Source of the DNA: Ramazzottius varieornatus
Lineage: Eukaryota; Animalia; Tardigrada
Direction: 5' to 3'
Assembly (NCBI GenBank): GCA_001949185.1
Contig: BDGG01000015.1
Span: forward strand, 935,036 to 999,035
Length of the DNA: 64,000 bases
A program made the position numbers and the translations under genes. Below the pieces are notes generated by a model that saw nothing but the letters and a program-made list of their open reading frames with translations, was not told the DNA's origin and did not search any database. This document shows, piece after piece, positions 25,373-37,211 of the stretch. How positions within the stretch are numbered: the stretch's first letter is position 1; each line of letters opens with the position of its first letter.

Positions 25373-26961
25373 ATGCAGAGCAGCAAGAGGACCGGGCTGG
25401 CCGTGGATGGCGGAGAGAGTTCTTCTGGGGATTATAGCCTGCTCGTATGTGGCCTTCCGGATGGTTGCACCTTGCAGAGGATCAAAGACTTCTTCTCGCC
25501 GATCATCCTGCAGTACTGCGGACTGATCCATCTGAAGCAGGAAAGAGTCTAGGCCATAGTGGAGTTGGCCAACAAAGGGGACATGGACATGGTATTGCGC
25601 GAAAAGTAGTGGCAAGTAAGAGTGATCATCCACAAACGCCAGCATGATTAATGTTTCATGCTCTATGTTTGCACATGCTCAATGACCAGCTCCATCTTTG
25701 TTTGCAGAACGTCGATGGCTGCTGCGTTCGTCTGTCAGACCTGAAAGAGTTCAAAATGTCGCGCTGGCAAGCAAGCTGGCAGTTCATTGAACAGCAAGCG
25801 GACCTTGTGTCGGATATTCTCTCTCATTTTAACGTATTCTTCCGTAATCGATTTCGAAGGTATCCTCTGGCTGAAGATTGTCTTCTTATGTTAGTTTCCA
25901 TACTAGGGCTAGCCACAGTCCGCCACCTGAAAGCGAGCTCTGAGTGATGATGTTGGCTTTGCAATTGCAGGGTGTCAAAAGGCTGGAACGAGGTTTTGGG
26001 AACCCCCTGGGATGGACACGTCAACCGCTGCCTCTTCTTTGATTTCACCGGTGGGCCAGACTACTTCCCTTGGTGCCCATTTGATATGAATGAGGTGGCG
26101 AGAACGGTCAGTCATGTCCTGGACACCAGCAGCACCAGATGTGGCTCCATTCCGCGGTTGATGCTGAAGTTCCCCTTTTCTGCCCACCAAGATCGTTGCC
26201 GCCGCTCCACTTCTTACCTTGGTGACCAACTGCTCTACGGCAAGCCGCTGATCGAGCATTGCCATTTTAGCACGGTCATGCTCATTAACATGTCCTTTTT
26301 TGAGTATGGCTTTTTCGAGTTCGGTCAGAGGGGAGCTCGCTGGTCCAGAGAAACGAAGATCATTTTGCACAACTGCGAATTGTACCTGAGTGATTTCCTC
26401 TTCTCATTTGAGGACAACGAGCCTTCTTTAGGCCGTTACTACCGTCTGAACCGCGAGAGAGATTGGACTATGACGGTGCCATTTCTCTCGCTGGCCATTG
26501 GACCCGAGACATCGTTTAAAGAACGCCGAATTCGGCTGTTGGAGGCGCTGGATGGTCAAGGCTTGGTTTGGCCTTTCCCTTCGGAACAGTTGCAGTGGCT
26601 AAGTCTGTGCTGGAGCAGCTACTTGCTGAACCATGCTCCCGACCAGCTGGTAGAGATGAACGCCCAAGGACAATACACCTTCTACCAAGCTGTTGGCCAA
26701 TTCCTCCGCGAATATGATCGAGACCGCAAGCTAGTCAAGACGTGGAAGCCTAGCCGAGTCTTCTTCGACAATGGCGAGCTCAGCTTCCGCGACTGCCTAA
26801 TCATCGCTTGCGAGTACGAAAAGTCGGCAAAGGAAGGCAAGACACGGCCACCATACAGCTTGAGCACCACGTTTGGGAAGGCAGGCGTGGCATATAGAGA
26901 CTATATTCGATTTATTTCTGTGAAGAGTTCCCGTCGAAGCTATCTCGTCATATTTTTTTAG
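25373..26961 (+). pseudogene. RRM + F-box-like protein gene with two in-frame TAG codons in the RRM exon; an F-box-only ORF could start at ATG 25756
   Basis: YSLLVCGLPDGCTLQRIKDFFSP...RV*AIVELANKGDMDMVLREK*WQ (qRRM-like), spliced in frame to DLVSDILSHFNVFFRNRFRRVSKGWNEVL (F-box-like) and a 329-codon open exon. Confidence 0.6.
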
Positions 26962-27236
26962 AAGCTACAGAGCCATGTATCGCAATGTGTATTGCAGACG
27001 GTGATGTTTCCTTGCTCAGGAAACCGAAGTTCGATCACCTTCCATAACCATCACCTTCCATTGTCTCAGTATCTTACCGCGAATATTCGTCACCGTTTCG
27101 AACAGAAATAAAGTATGACATTTCCAAAGACGCTCGCTTTGACAAAACGAGCAGGTTTGAAAGTTCGAAACAGCAGCAGTGAAAAACTAGAACGAAATGG
27201 CAGTATAAGAACTTGAAAGCAGATCAGCCAGGAAAG

Positions 27237-30200
27237 TCAGAAGCCCCAAGAGGAATCACTAATGGTCTTTACAGCGAAGCGTTGGGTGATGTCTTGCACG
27301 ATGGTCCTTCTTTGTACATGTCCCGGTACGTAACTGAAATCAACAACAGTTCACTTCCTGAATTGTACTTTCGGTAAAAACGGCAGAGGTGGACTCAAGC
27401 AATGGATGGTTTCTCACCTTTCGAGATTGAGACGTTTCCGTGTAAAGGAATTGATCGCGCAGTCGCAAATCAGTGCACCGAGGATGTTGTGCGAGACAAC
27501 TATCCCATTGACCAACGGTACTGCAGCCAAGATCCTACAAAAACAAAATGAATATGATCATTTTTACAGTTTCAGCTCGAAGCGGAAGTGCGAATGTATG
27601 TAGGTCATACGGGTTGTTTTGCATGCTACGAAGCCTGACTTCGTACATGCCATGTGCGGCAGGGAAGATGTAGATCAGGTTGTAGTCTATGTTGTCAGTC
27701 AGAGCAAGTTCGCTGTCCCCGTCTTGCGTTGACAGAAGATTTAGCAGGTCCAGCTTGGATAAGACCTCTTCTGCAAAAGAAACGACAATTAAGAATAATT
27801 TCGTCTTTGAGGTCGACGTCGGGGATAGCGACCAAAGACTTACGAGCTGGAAAGACGAAGGCGTCGCGGAATGTATCCATCCAGACGAGTATATACACGA
27901 AATGAAGGTCGTGATGCGCAGAAGGCTTTCGGGATCGTAGTACCGGCTTGGGCATTTCTGTCTGCGCCGAATTCACCTCGACGTCGTCCAGCGAAAAGCT
28001 GCGGATCTTGGAGGACTTTGATAAGGCGCTCTCTGGCTTTTTCGTTGAACTTCTCCCTGCTAAGGTAACAAGCGTTGTATCAAGCTAGGAAGAGGGGCAA
28101 AACAAGTTCGAATACCATACCGGAAGTCGGTGGAGAACTTCGGTCAGGAGACGTTCCTTTCTCCCAGGAGTTTTCCGCGGAAGGCACCACGACGCCGAGT
28201 TGCTCCGTTGTCCGAGATCGCATCAGACACCACTCTTTTCCATCCAGCCTCGAGAGATCGTTGTGGACCGGCTTCGGTTTCCTCGTAGCGCAACCGACTG
28301 TTCTACTACTGGCCAGCTCCGAAACCCGCAAAGGCCACCCAAGCGACAGCAGGAAGCGCAGATAGGCCTGACTGCACTGACTCAAGTCATGCTATATAGG
28401 ATAAAACTCTTCGGTTAACATTAACTGTATGCAGGGGAACCTTCAACCTACACCGTTTCGAAGGATGTCGGCTGCGGTGCGGTCTTCGGCCTTGACGTAG
28501 AAAGCCAGCAGCCAGTCCAGGGGCCGAATGGATATTCTGTCCATCTCATCCAGTGCTTCGCGTAACTCTGGGTTCTTGTGATCTAGCTGGACGGTCAACG
28601 GGTTGGAAAGAAATGATGGCTTGTTGGAAGTAGCTGAAGACGGCTTTAGACCCAGGTGGGACAAAAGCTGCGTGACGATCACGGCATCCACTTCCCTGCA
28701 AATACCACACTGTGTTAAAACCTGTAACGATCAGATAGAAGCCGTACGTGAAACACCGTATGAAACTTACGGCGAGCGGTCGTCTTCTGCGCCAGGCTTT
28801 ATCGGAACAGGTGCAAAAGGCTTGACGGTCTTGAGACTTGGCGGGACCAGCGGGTTCTTTTCCAGACGATCAACGAGGTTTAGCAAAAAGTCGACCTCCT
28901 TCTTCACGGTTTCGTTTTGTGCCAAAACGCTAGCGAATGTTGGAATGTTGCCATCACTAGAAAAGAATACACTAAAAATGAATTGTTGTATCGTACGAAG
29001 TAATTCGGAAAGCCAGCAAACGACAGATATAAGCTCGGTGTCCCAAGTGGCGCACATGTCCGACTAATTACAATGGATCCATGCGTCACTTAAGAACTCG
29101 ACAAGATCACTTTTCCACGTCGCGCACACTTTCGGCCACTAACACAGCAAAGTGCGCCACTTGGGAAGAAGGTCTTGGACGTTTGGTTTGCCGACCTCTC
29201 AATTCACATACGCTTTGCATCTGTGGATTTTGCTGAAGCCAGGTATTTCATTCCGGAAAGCCACGAAATCCCAGTCGGCATCGTCACAGATCTTGATGGC
29301 TTTCGGTGTGGCACTGGGAGCGAATACCTTCGGTTTCGGTACTTCCGGTTCGGGCTTGGGCTCGCTGGCTTTACTGGAACTCCTCTTGACAAACCGGAAG
29401 CGGTAGACGCGGCGACAGGAGGGCGAACGCTCGACCACGATGGACATCGAGCTAGCCGCAGCTGATGGAAGGACGGAGAGAACCGTCGTACCGTCTACCG
29501 AGAAGAACAGAAAATGGCCGTCATTCAGAGGGTTCACGGCCTTGTTCTTCGGTAGGAAATCTTCCTCGGCTAGCAGACTGTCCATATAGTGGATCGCCCC
29601 TGGGTCCTTGTTCGAACCCACAAACTCTAACAGGATGAGTTGTGTAAGCTCAGCGGTGTCTTTGACTCTACTTGACAGCGGTGTTATTTGCTGCAAAAAT
29701 ACAAAAGAAACATGAGAATGAGAAGTGGGCAGACAACCTCTAGATGATCGTTATCTCAAGTGGCGCACGTATCCAACCGATAGTATGAGAAGCTGCGCCA
29801 CTTGTCACAACAACCATTGTTTCACGGCCTCCCAAATGTCTCCGTACTATACAGTAGTTTACTCTAGAAATGCAAACTAATGCAATAAATGCATCTGTGT
29901 TATTGTTCTGTTTTGAAGAAATGACACGTTTGCTTAGCATGTATTTTGTATGATTGGACCTTTCTTACTTGGGAGGTTTTGAGGACATTGGTCTGTTTAA
30001 CGCCAGCCAAGCCGACTTCCACCACAGCGGCAATCTGGTTGACTACTTCGCTGTCTTGCACTAGACTAGGCCAAGCGAGGATCCAGGCCATGAGACCGTG
30101 GTATGCCACGATGATTCTGCTATGGAGGTCTTTCGAATGAGCCCTTGATGGCCGGCTGGCTTGCTCTTGGATATACCGACAAAGCGTCAGTGAGGCCAGC

Positions 30201-33065
30201 TTGGCCGTGGCTTGATTCAACAGCTTTGGACTATGCTGGGCAGCCGTGTGGAAGAAGTCCAGACATGCATAAGACAGGTTTCCGTCTTGTTGCCACACTT
30301 TGGATGTCAGAAGATGGGTCAGCGCCACAAAGACCTTGTTACCATTCGCCAACCGAACTTCTGTAAAGAAATCATGATCTCTGAAACAGACCATCAAAAC
30401 AGGCGTCAAATTGGGCTTGGAAAAGAACATGGTCGAGAAGCTCGACAAGCAAGATTCGAAATGAGCATTTGTCCCAAGTGGCGCACGCTTTCAGCCAATA
30501 ACACTGGGAACGTGCGCCACTTGGGAAAATGAGTTTCTTTGCCGCGCTTTCGTTCTGTGTCCGTACCGGAAGCTTCTTGGACGTCAGATTCGAAGCAGGG
30601 TTGAACAAGTAATGCGTAGAGACATCCAAGAAGTAACATGCAGTTGGCCGAGTTGGCTTCGTTGACGATGCTACCGAGGACAATGTCGAGTAGACGATAG
30701 TACATCGATCCGAATGTCAATGTGGTCTCGTCCTTGCTGGGTCTTCCCATTACTGCTCGGATATCTGAAGAAGGAAATTGGACATGACATGGAACGGTTT
30801 TGGCCTGCTGAAGGATTGTTGCGCATACCATAGATAGGCAAAAGATCGAAATACTTGGGCATGCAAATGATGGACGAGACGAGATGGAGGGCAGAAGAGC
30901 GCAAATCGTCGGCATTCATTTCCGGGTACAAACTGCAACAATCAGTATCGTCTAAAGTTCTGGTGTTATCGGAGAAGAGTGATCATACTTGGAAGAAGGT
31001 AACTTATGGAGGATACAGAGTTCAAGCGCGGGTAACAAGGCGGGTATGACAGTTTCAAAGCCGGGAAGATTACTGCGGAAGAGATCGTGGCAGTTGCGGA
31101 TGGCGTTGGTCAGAGCGTACGAACTCCGATTCTGTACAAAAGAAGGGCCTGTTATGGCTGTCCATGCATTTGGATGGCTGATACTCTTACGTGTAGAGCA
31201 GCAGCTTCCGTAAGGGCCAGCCCCATTCGGGCAGTCACTCCAAGAGGAAGGAGGTCTCCATCGGCCACCATGGAGAAGAGGCGACACAGCGTGCCAACCG
31301 CCTCGGCTCTTCCGGGCTGTAGCATTTCCAACTCGTTCGGAAGGCCGAAGGAGATGGACTCAGTATTCTCCATGGCCTCGGCCAGCTCCAGAACCTTCAG
31401 TGGACCTATAAAGCAAGCTCAAAATTAAGAAGGCCAATAAAAAGATGACGAGTGGTCCTTTGGGTCTTTCGTACTTACTTTCAGGTCGACCGATGAAACT
31501 GGCTTGGAAAAGCCAAGGTCCAAAGAGATGGAGCAAGCCATGACAGGCCACTCTTTCCTCACATCGAAGAGGTCTGCTTTTACTGGACAACGACATGGCG
31601 TCTGCCGAAGAAAGCAGGAGGGGAAGGGGAGAAGACATGGCGTGGCCATGAGTACCATCCAGTGGATGCGACGGGGTCAAAGCAGCCTGTTCCGTCATGG
31701 CCGGCCATGTGATATCCAGATACCGCTCCAAAGACGAGCGAATACCTAGCGCCAGATCCACCATGGCCGTTATGCCCATCATTAACTTCAGGAAGATCAG
31801 CGCCGAGTAGTTCTTGGACGGTTCAGCAGGCAAATTCGGCAGCCCGCCCTGTCAACGACAAACAAGTCGACTGTGAAAAATCATGCGTGTTCGATGGGCA
31901 ATTTACCGGCGCAAGTTTCGGACGAGAAGGCGCTGCCGGGTTGCTTTTCTTATTGACGATGTTGGATGGGTCGTTGGCAAGTAGCAGTATTCTCATGAAC
32001 GTCTGGATCAGCAGTTCTTTGGGCAAAGCCGAGATGACAGACTTGATGGAGGAGTCTTGAGGAAAGGAGCGGAAGTCGACCTCGGTCCCCGCTACGGAAT
32101 GCTGCACGTTGTCGTGCAAAAGTAGCGCAGTCCGCAGCCATTCTTCAACGACCGGAAGTCGGTGCCACCATGTGCGATTCATTTGCGAAAAAGTCCGCCA
32201 GAAGACAGCCGAGGGGAAAGAACGCTGGCAGACAATCAGCCATAGCTCGAAGAAAGCCGACAAGAGGCCCTTGGAGATGATGTCGGAGAAGTCTTCCGGC
32301 TTGGAAGGCCGGCTGAGAACAGTGTCCACGATGGAAAGGAGAGTTTGCAGTAGAACGTTCCACGTTTCCGAGTCGGCCGTCTCTGAGGACTGAAAGACGG
32401 TCTTGACGGCTCGAAGCACACGATGACACAGCATAGCTTGCTTCTCGATGGAATCTTTCGCTATAAATGAAAGAACAGCATTTGCCAGTGGGCAAAGGAG
32501 ACACATACTGTGGATACGGTGTAATCATCTTGCTTTGTGTTTCGCGAGGAACGAAGATATTGTACAAATGTTTGAGAATCTTTTGGCAGTAGAGGTTGGG
32601 GCTGGTACGAATGCAGTCAGGAACGGAGGGCTTGGGGACGTGCGATAGTGCTGATAGCCATTCGCAGTAGGTATTCGACGCATCGTTGATCACCTCGTAA
32701 TGCTCGAAATCCAGCGAAAGGGCGAACGAAAGAACCTAAAACAGAAGGGCCAGGAATACAGTACGGTACGCAACAGGTATGGGTAGAGTTATATTATGGG
32801 GAAATCAGTGACGTACCTCCATGCAGTACTGCACCATCTCCTCAGTTTCCAGCATGGCTCTGGTCGATTCTTCGTTGGTACCTTTGACAATACCTGCCGG
32901 TCCTATGGCAGAAGGCAGGCTGACTCCAGAGGATCTTGTGGAGATGCATTTGCAGACATTTTTGCAGACTTCGATGACGACGGGCCGGGGAAGAAGGTGC
33001 AACGAACTGCGCGAAGATCGGTCCTCCTGGAAGGAAGGTACAAGGGAGCTCCACTCGGAGAACAT
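27237..33065 (-). CDS. RALGAPB: Ral GTPase-activating protein subunit beta
   Basis: N-terminus MFSEWSSL...VQYCMEVLSFALSL...YCEWLSAL; FPSAVFWRTF, WWHRLPVVEEW; LLHLFGPWLFQA; GRAEAVGTLCRLF; LFRSNLPG; C-terminal VPLVNGIVVS...YVPGHVQRR; the last splice junction is uncertain. Confidence 0.9.
29044..29163. repeat. Family A tandem pair in RALGAPB intron
   Basis: 29044-29092 (N25) and 29116-29163 (N24); period 72. Confidence 0.85.
29757..29804. repeat. Family A element in RALGAPB intron
   Basis: GATCGTTATCT-CAAGTGGCGCAC-N24-CTGCGCCACTTG. Confidence 0.85.
30475..30523. repeat. Family A element (near consensus) in RALGAPB intron
   Basis: CAAGTGGCGCAC-GCTTTCAGCCAATAACACTGGGAAC-GTGCGCCACTTG. Confidence 0.9.
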
Positions 33066-33270
33066 CTTGCGAGTTCTGGCTTAGCTCGGTGCTATACCAA
33101 GCCTTTGCGTCGGACGCTGCTACTTCACCTGAAAAGCAGACAGTTCGTGAATGAAAACCATGGCAGGTCAACCAAATCGCTGTTCGCTAACTAGAAAACC
33201 ACAACACGACGAAATAAATTAGTCGAGACTTTGCGTTAAGTAGTCGGGCAAAACAGTACGCCTTACTCTA

Positions 33271-33619
33271 CTGTATTCTCTCCGGAAATGGATCTACGTC
33301 ACTCAATTCAAAATGTGAAACTGCAGATATGGTCGGTAGGCGGTAGCTCATACGATTGAAACAGCTGTAACGCCCCAGGATTCAATCAATCCAATCAATC
33401 CGGAGAGTTCACATTTTGCTTGGTTCAGTTAGGAAATCAGCTGTTCAGTGAATGACTCGCACAGACTAATAGTATTTTGTCCGACTGCGCTGATTGACTA
33501 CTAAAGCTGTCCGTAAATACGTCAAGATCTGACGCCATGCTCGCTTTGTGTAACAGCTACGCTAACACTCTAGTGAACCAGATATCAGTGACGTACATCC
33601 GTTTCCGGAGAGAATACAG
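33271..33619. mobile_element. Tc1/mariner-pogo (Tc2-like) MITE, 349 bp, between divergent RALGAPB and MED9
   Basis: 33-bp TIRs CTGTATTCTCTCCGGAAATGGATCTACGTCACT (31/33), flanked by TA at 33269-70 and 33620-21. Confidence 0.85.
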
Positions 33620-33924
33620 TAGTCTCCAGGTTGCCCTCCGCTTAAAAAATTAACACGTGTTTGATTGGACCACTCGCCGCATAGACCACCCACTTATTAC
33701 TGCCACTACAGAATCGCAATCCGCATAAGCTAATCCCTTTTCGCAACTTTTCTGAGATTCGGTAACGACTTCTTGACTTTTCTTCGTGTTCTTCTGATTC
33801 CCCCAAGGATTTTATGCCTTTGCGCTGCAAGTCTGCTGTTTGGTTACAGGTCTCACGGATAACGGTTGGACTGAAAGAGCTGCTCCTCCAAGAGAAATAT
33901 CGGTAGGACGACCGTGACCGCGCT

Positions 33925-34640
33925 ATGGAACTTCCGGAAAACGAGGCGATGTCACCGGAAACGCTTAACAGATCTTTGGAAATTTTGCAAGCTGTGGACT
34001 TTTCTTATCCCGTCAAAGCTTTCCTCCAGAAAATGAGGTAAGGTGGAGCTTGCGATACAGCGTATAACTATAGGTATACACCCACATATTGACATATGGA
34101 GTCTGGGCAAAGTTCCTCAGAAGTATTGGGTCACGGCCTAGAGGCATAGTCGAGGAAGTTTAGGCAGGGGGCAGGGTATCCCAAGGGTGGGGGTCGGGGC
34201 TTGTCATGTGGAGGCCGAGAATCTTCAAGAAAAACCCAAAACCTTCCCTTGCCCTTCTCAAATTTCATCAGCTGTGCCTCTACGCTGTGGCCCGAGACTT
34301 TTGAGGAACCTTGCCCACAGCCCATATACATAATGCCTCAATTAACGGTATATTTCCTAGTGATCCATCGCTATCCGTTCAGTCTACCCCGATACAACGG
34401 GCGCATCTCCTAGGATCTATTGGCGAACTCGTTCGAGATGTTCAGAACGTGCAGAGCAACCTGACCACATGGCGGACCGTCATCCAACAGACTCCGGGTA
34501 TTCAACGGAGCGCTGGCCAGCAGATGCAGCGTCTGGAGAACCTGAAGAGAGCACTTGAGCGCCGAGCACAGCTTCTTGAAAGGCATCAGACACTGTTGAA
34601 TTCGACACGCTCGCTGAATAACGGAATGCAAGGAGCGTAG
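33925..34640 (+). CDS. MED9: Mediator complex subunit 9, 2 exons
   Basis: VQSNLTTWRTVIQQTPGIQRSAGQQMQRLENLKRALERRAQLLERHQTL matches the Med9 pattern (MPGI.xS.EQQ...L..LR.Q...K..LL.KY); phase-consistent intron 34038-34360. Confidence 0.8.
34094..34327. mobile_element. Foldback/MITE-like element in MED9 intron
   Basis: ~80-bp imperfect inverted arms (ATATGGAGTCTGGGCAAAGTTCCTCAGAAG... vs ...CTTTTGAGGAACCTTGCCCACAGCCCATAT); TSD ambiguous (ATAT). Confidence 0.75.
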
Positions 34641-36020
34641 GGTTTAATTTGTTGCTGAACATTCTGCCTTTCCTGTGATATTGTTTTGTTAACTTTAACA
34701 TACACGGTGTCGAAGTATCCTCAACGAGAGAGAACAGAACCCAAGCTCTACGTTTGTTTCTTTTAGCGTATGAAATCCTAACGCACGCTCCATAATTGTA
34801 ACGTTTTGTCTCCCCTGCCGAGTTGTCCGCCCGTACACATTCTCGCAGCGACCAAGAGTTCGCGACCTGCAAAGGTTCAGTCGGGGTTACTTCCCTGTCT
34901 ATCACAACTAGATGATTTCTGCGGGACCGATGTATTCGAAGCGTAAGCTCTTCAGAAGACGGAGGATCTATCTACTCATGCAATTTCTCTGGAGATGAAT
35001 CGAGGACTTATTCAGGAAGTTGGCCTAGTTGGGCCGAGCCAAGTCATGTGGATTGCTCCCTACCGGAAGTAGCTCTGACCAAAACGCACGTTGGTGAACG
35101 TACAGCTGATTGATTTGATTAGGACGATTACTTCACATTTCGCAAACTAGCGATCGTGGTTGATTAATCTTCGAGAAAATTATTTCAAGATTGTCAACTT
35201 CGTAAACTGTTTATGAATCAGGTGTGATAATTGCTCCACTCCTTCCATTGAATCCATTCTACGATGGATGCGGGACGCTATCGTCAGTGAGTCAAGTTGT
35301 GTTATTGCCGATTGTGCTGTCGCTGGGGAAGTGCTGACTGCGGACAACGGAGTGGTGAGTGACGTCGAGGGAAAAATGCGACGTTGACACTTGACAGCAG
35401 ACAGTCTTCCAGAATTCAAAGCAATTCATCTGAGTGGGATATTTAGCGTCAGACCCTGGAAGGATTGATCGGACTTGACAGTTGAACCTTCCACGGACCG
35501 TAACAGCAGTCTTTAGCCATCTCGTAGTCGATCGGAAACTCATCTCTTCATCGCGAGCGTGAGTAATTCCACCTCTGCTAATTCGAACTTCAACGCCATC
35601 GTAGGAGACATTCTTCGTGTATTCATTAAGAGACATCTGCCATGTGTTTACTTTTAGATTTTGAACTCGAAGGGCGCTTGCGTTCTGGTGGAAGACAGGA
35701 AACATCCCCAGGATTTCCAGGCTCGGTCAGTCTATAGCTCGCCCGCCATTGTCTGTTAGTTGCTAAAGCATGACTTGAACAGGTATGTTTATCATAATTA
35801 TGCTTGGCTAGCTCATGGATAGGGTCCATCTATCTATGGGTACCGAGGTGGACTCTGGTAGGATGTGCGCTTCTTTGGTTTGCAGGCTTCCTCTCCGGAC
35901 AATATACGAGTTCTCGATCAAGATTTCCTTCTCAAGATTCGCGCTACTCTTCGGGCATTTCTCTCTATACTTTTCCACACGTCGTCGGGCAGAACAGCTC
36001 TTTTCACGAGCACATTCGAG

Positions 36021-37211
36021 ATGGGCAAGATGATATCGAAAATCTTCGGCGGTAAAGAGATGCGAATTCTGATGCTTGGGTAATTTTTTTCTTCATATTG
36101 ATCGTAATTACAGTCCATGAGCGATCAGATCTTTTAAATCACTTATTTTTTGCAGACTGGACGCCAGCGGGAAGACCAGTAAGACATTTCAGTTGAAATT
36201 AAAGTGCATAAATAATTGAGAAATTGCTCGATCGATATGTGACTTTGTTTGCAGCAATATTGTACAAATTGAAACTGAACGGCCACAGCATCACCACAAT
36301 CCCAACGGTCGGCTTCAATGTCGAAACAATCTCCTTCAAAAAGTTCCGCATGTCAGTGTGGGTAAGTCGCACATAGATTAGTTGGTCTTACTGAACGAGT
36401 TTCTATAGAAGCGTCGTCAAAGTTATTTTTCATGAAGTCAAACGGTGAACCAACTCAACAATATCGTCCCTCCAAGTGGCGCACGCCTCAGCTATAAACA
36501 CCGAAGACGTGCGCCACTTCAGACGATCTTATGCAGTTTATTTGCCGAGCTCTCGTTCATGTTTTCATCTTTTCTGTTACGTTTAGGACGTGGGCGGACA
36601 AGACAAGATTCGGCCCCTATGGAGACACTACTTCACCGGAACTCAGGGTTTGATCTTCGTGGTGGATTGTGCGGACCACGATCGGATCAACGAAGCCCGG
36701 CAGGAATTCCATAAAATAGTTAACGACCGCGAAATGGTCGACGCCATAATACTTGTGTTTGCCAATAAGCAGGTAAGTCAACACGCAACAAAAGTGATAT
36801 ACTGTGTGTTCGTGATGCACAACTTTTGATGTTCTTAGGATCTTCCGAACGCCATAAAGCCTCATGATCTCCAAGAACGGCTAGGCTTAACGAGGCTGCA
36901 AAACCGAATCTGGTACGTCCAACCCTGCTGTGCGGCATCCGGCGACGGACTTCTGGAAGGACTGACATGGTTAACCTCAAATTATAAACAGTAAGTATGG
37001 TGCGGATTTCTTCTTTGAAATTCAGCGTAGAATTTCGAAGGTTTGAAAGTGAGATAAAGGAGTCTTTCAAGTACCTGCATACGTAAAATCAGTATTTTAC
37101 GTTGGTTCGCTGTATGCAGATGCTGGCAAACAGTTAGTATTTTGGTATTTGGCTAATTTCTTTCTTCTTCCTCTTTTTTGCAGGGCGATGAAAGAGGCAT
37201 CAAATCACTAA
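36021..37211 (+). CDS. ARF6: ADP-ribosylation factor 6-like GTPase (divergent)
   Basis: [77 protein letters not shown]; ends at 36993 if the last intron is retained or at 37211 if it is spliced. Confidence 0.9.
36473..36520. repeat. Family A element in ARF6 intron
   Basis: CAAGTGGCGCAC-N24-GTGCGCCACTTC followed by AGACGATC. Confidence 0.85.
37073..37121. repeat. Family B element in last ARF6 intron
   Basis: ACCTGCATAC-N29-GTATGCAGAT. Confidence 0.8.

Noticed and set aside
25550-25609. Alternative genetic code or TAG reassignment
   Set aside because: TAG serves as a normal stop in conserved genes in this window, and no conserved gene here shows an internal TAG
27596-28436. Isolated family B half-sites (27596, 28427; also 41836)
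   Set aside because: No convincing partner arm at 30 nt, so not counted as units
35292-35705. 137-aa minus-strand ORF upstream of ARF6
   Set aside because: Somewhat protein-like, but no homology or splice support that I can establish
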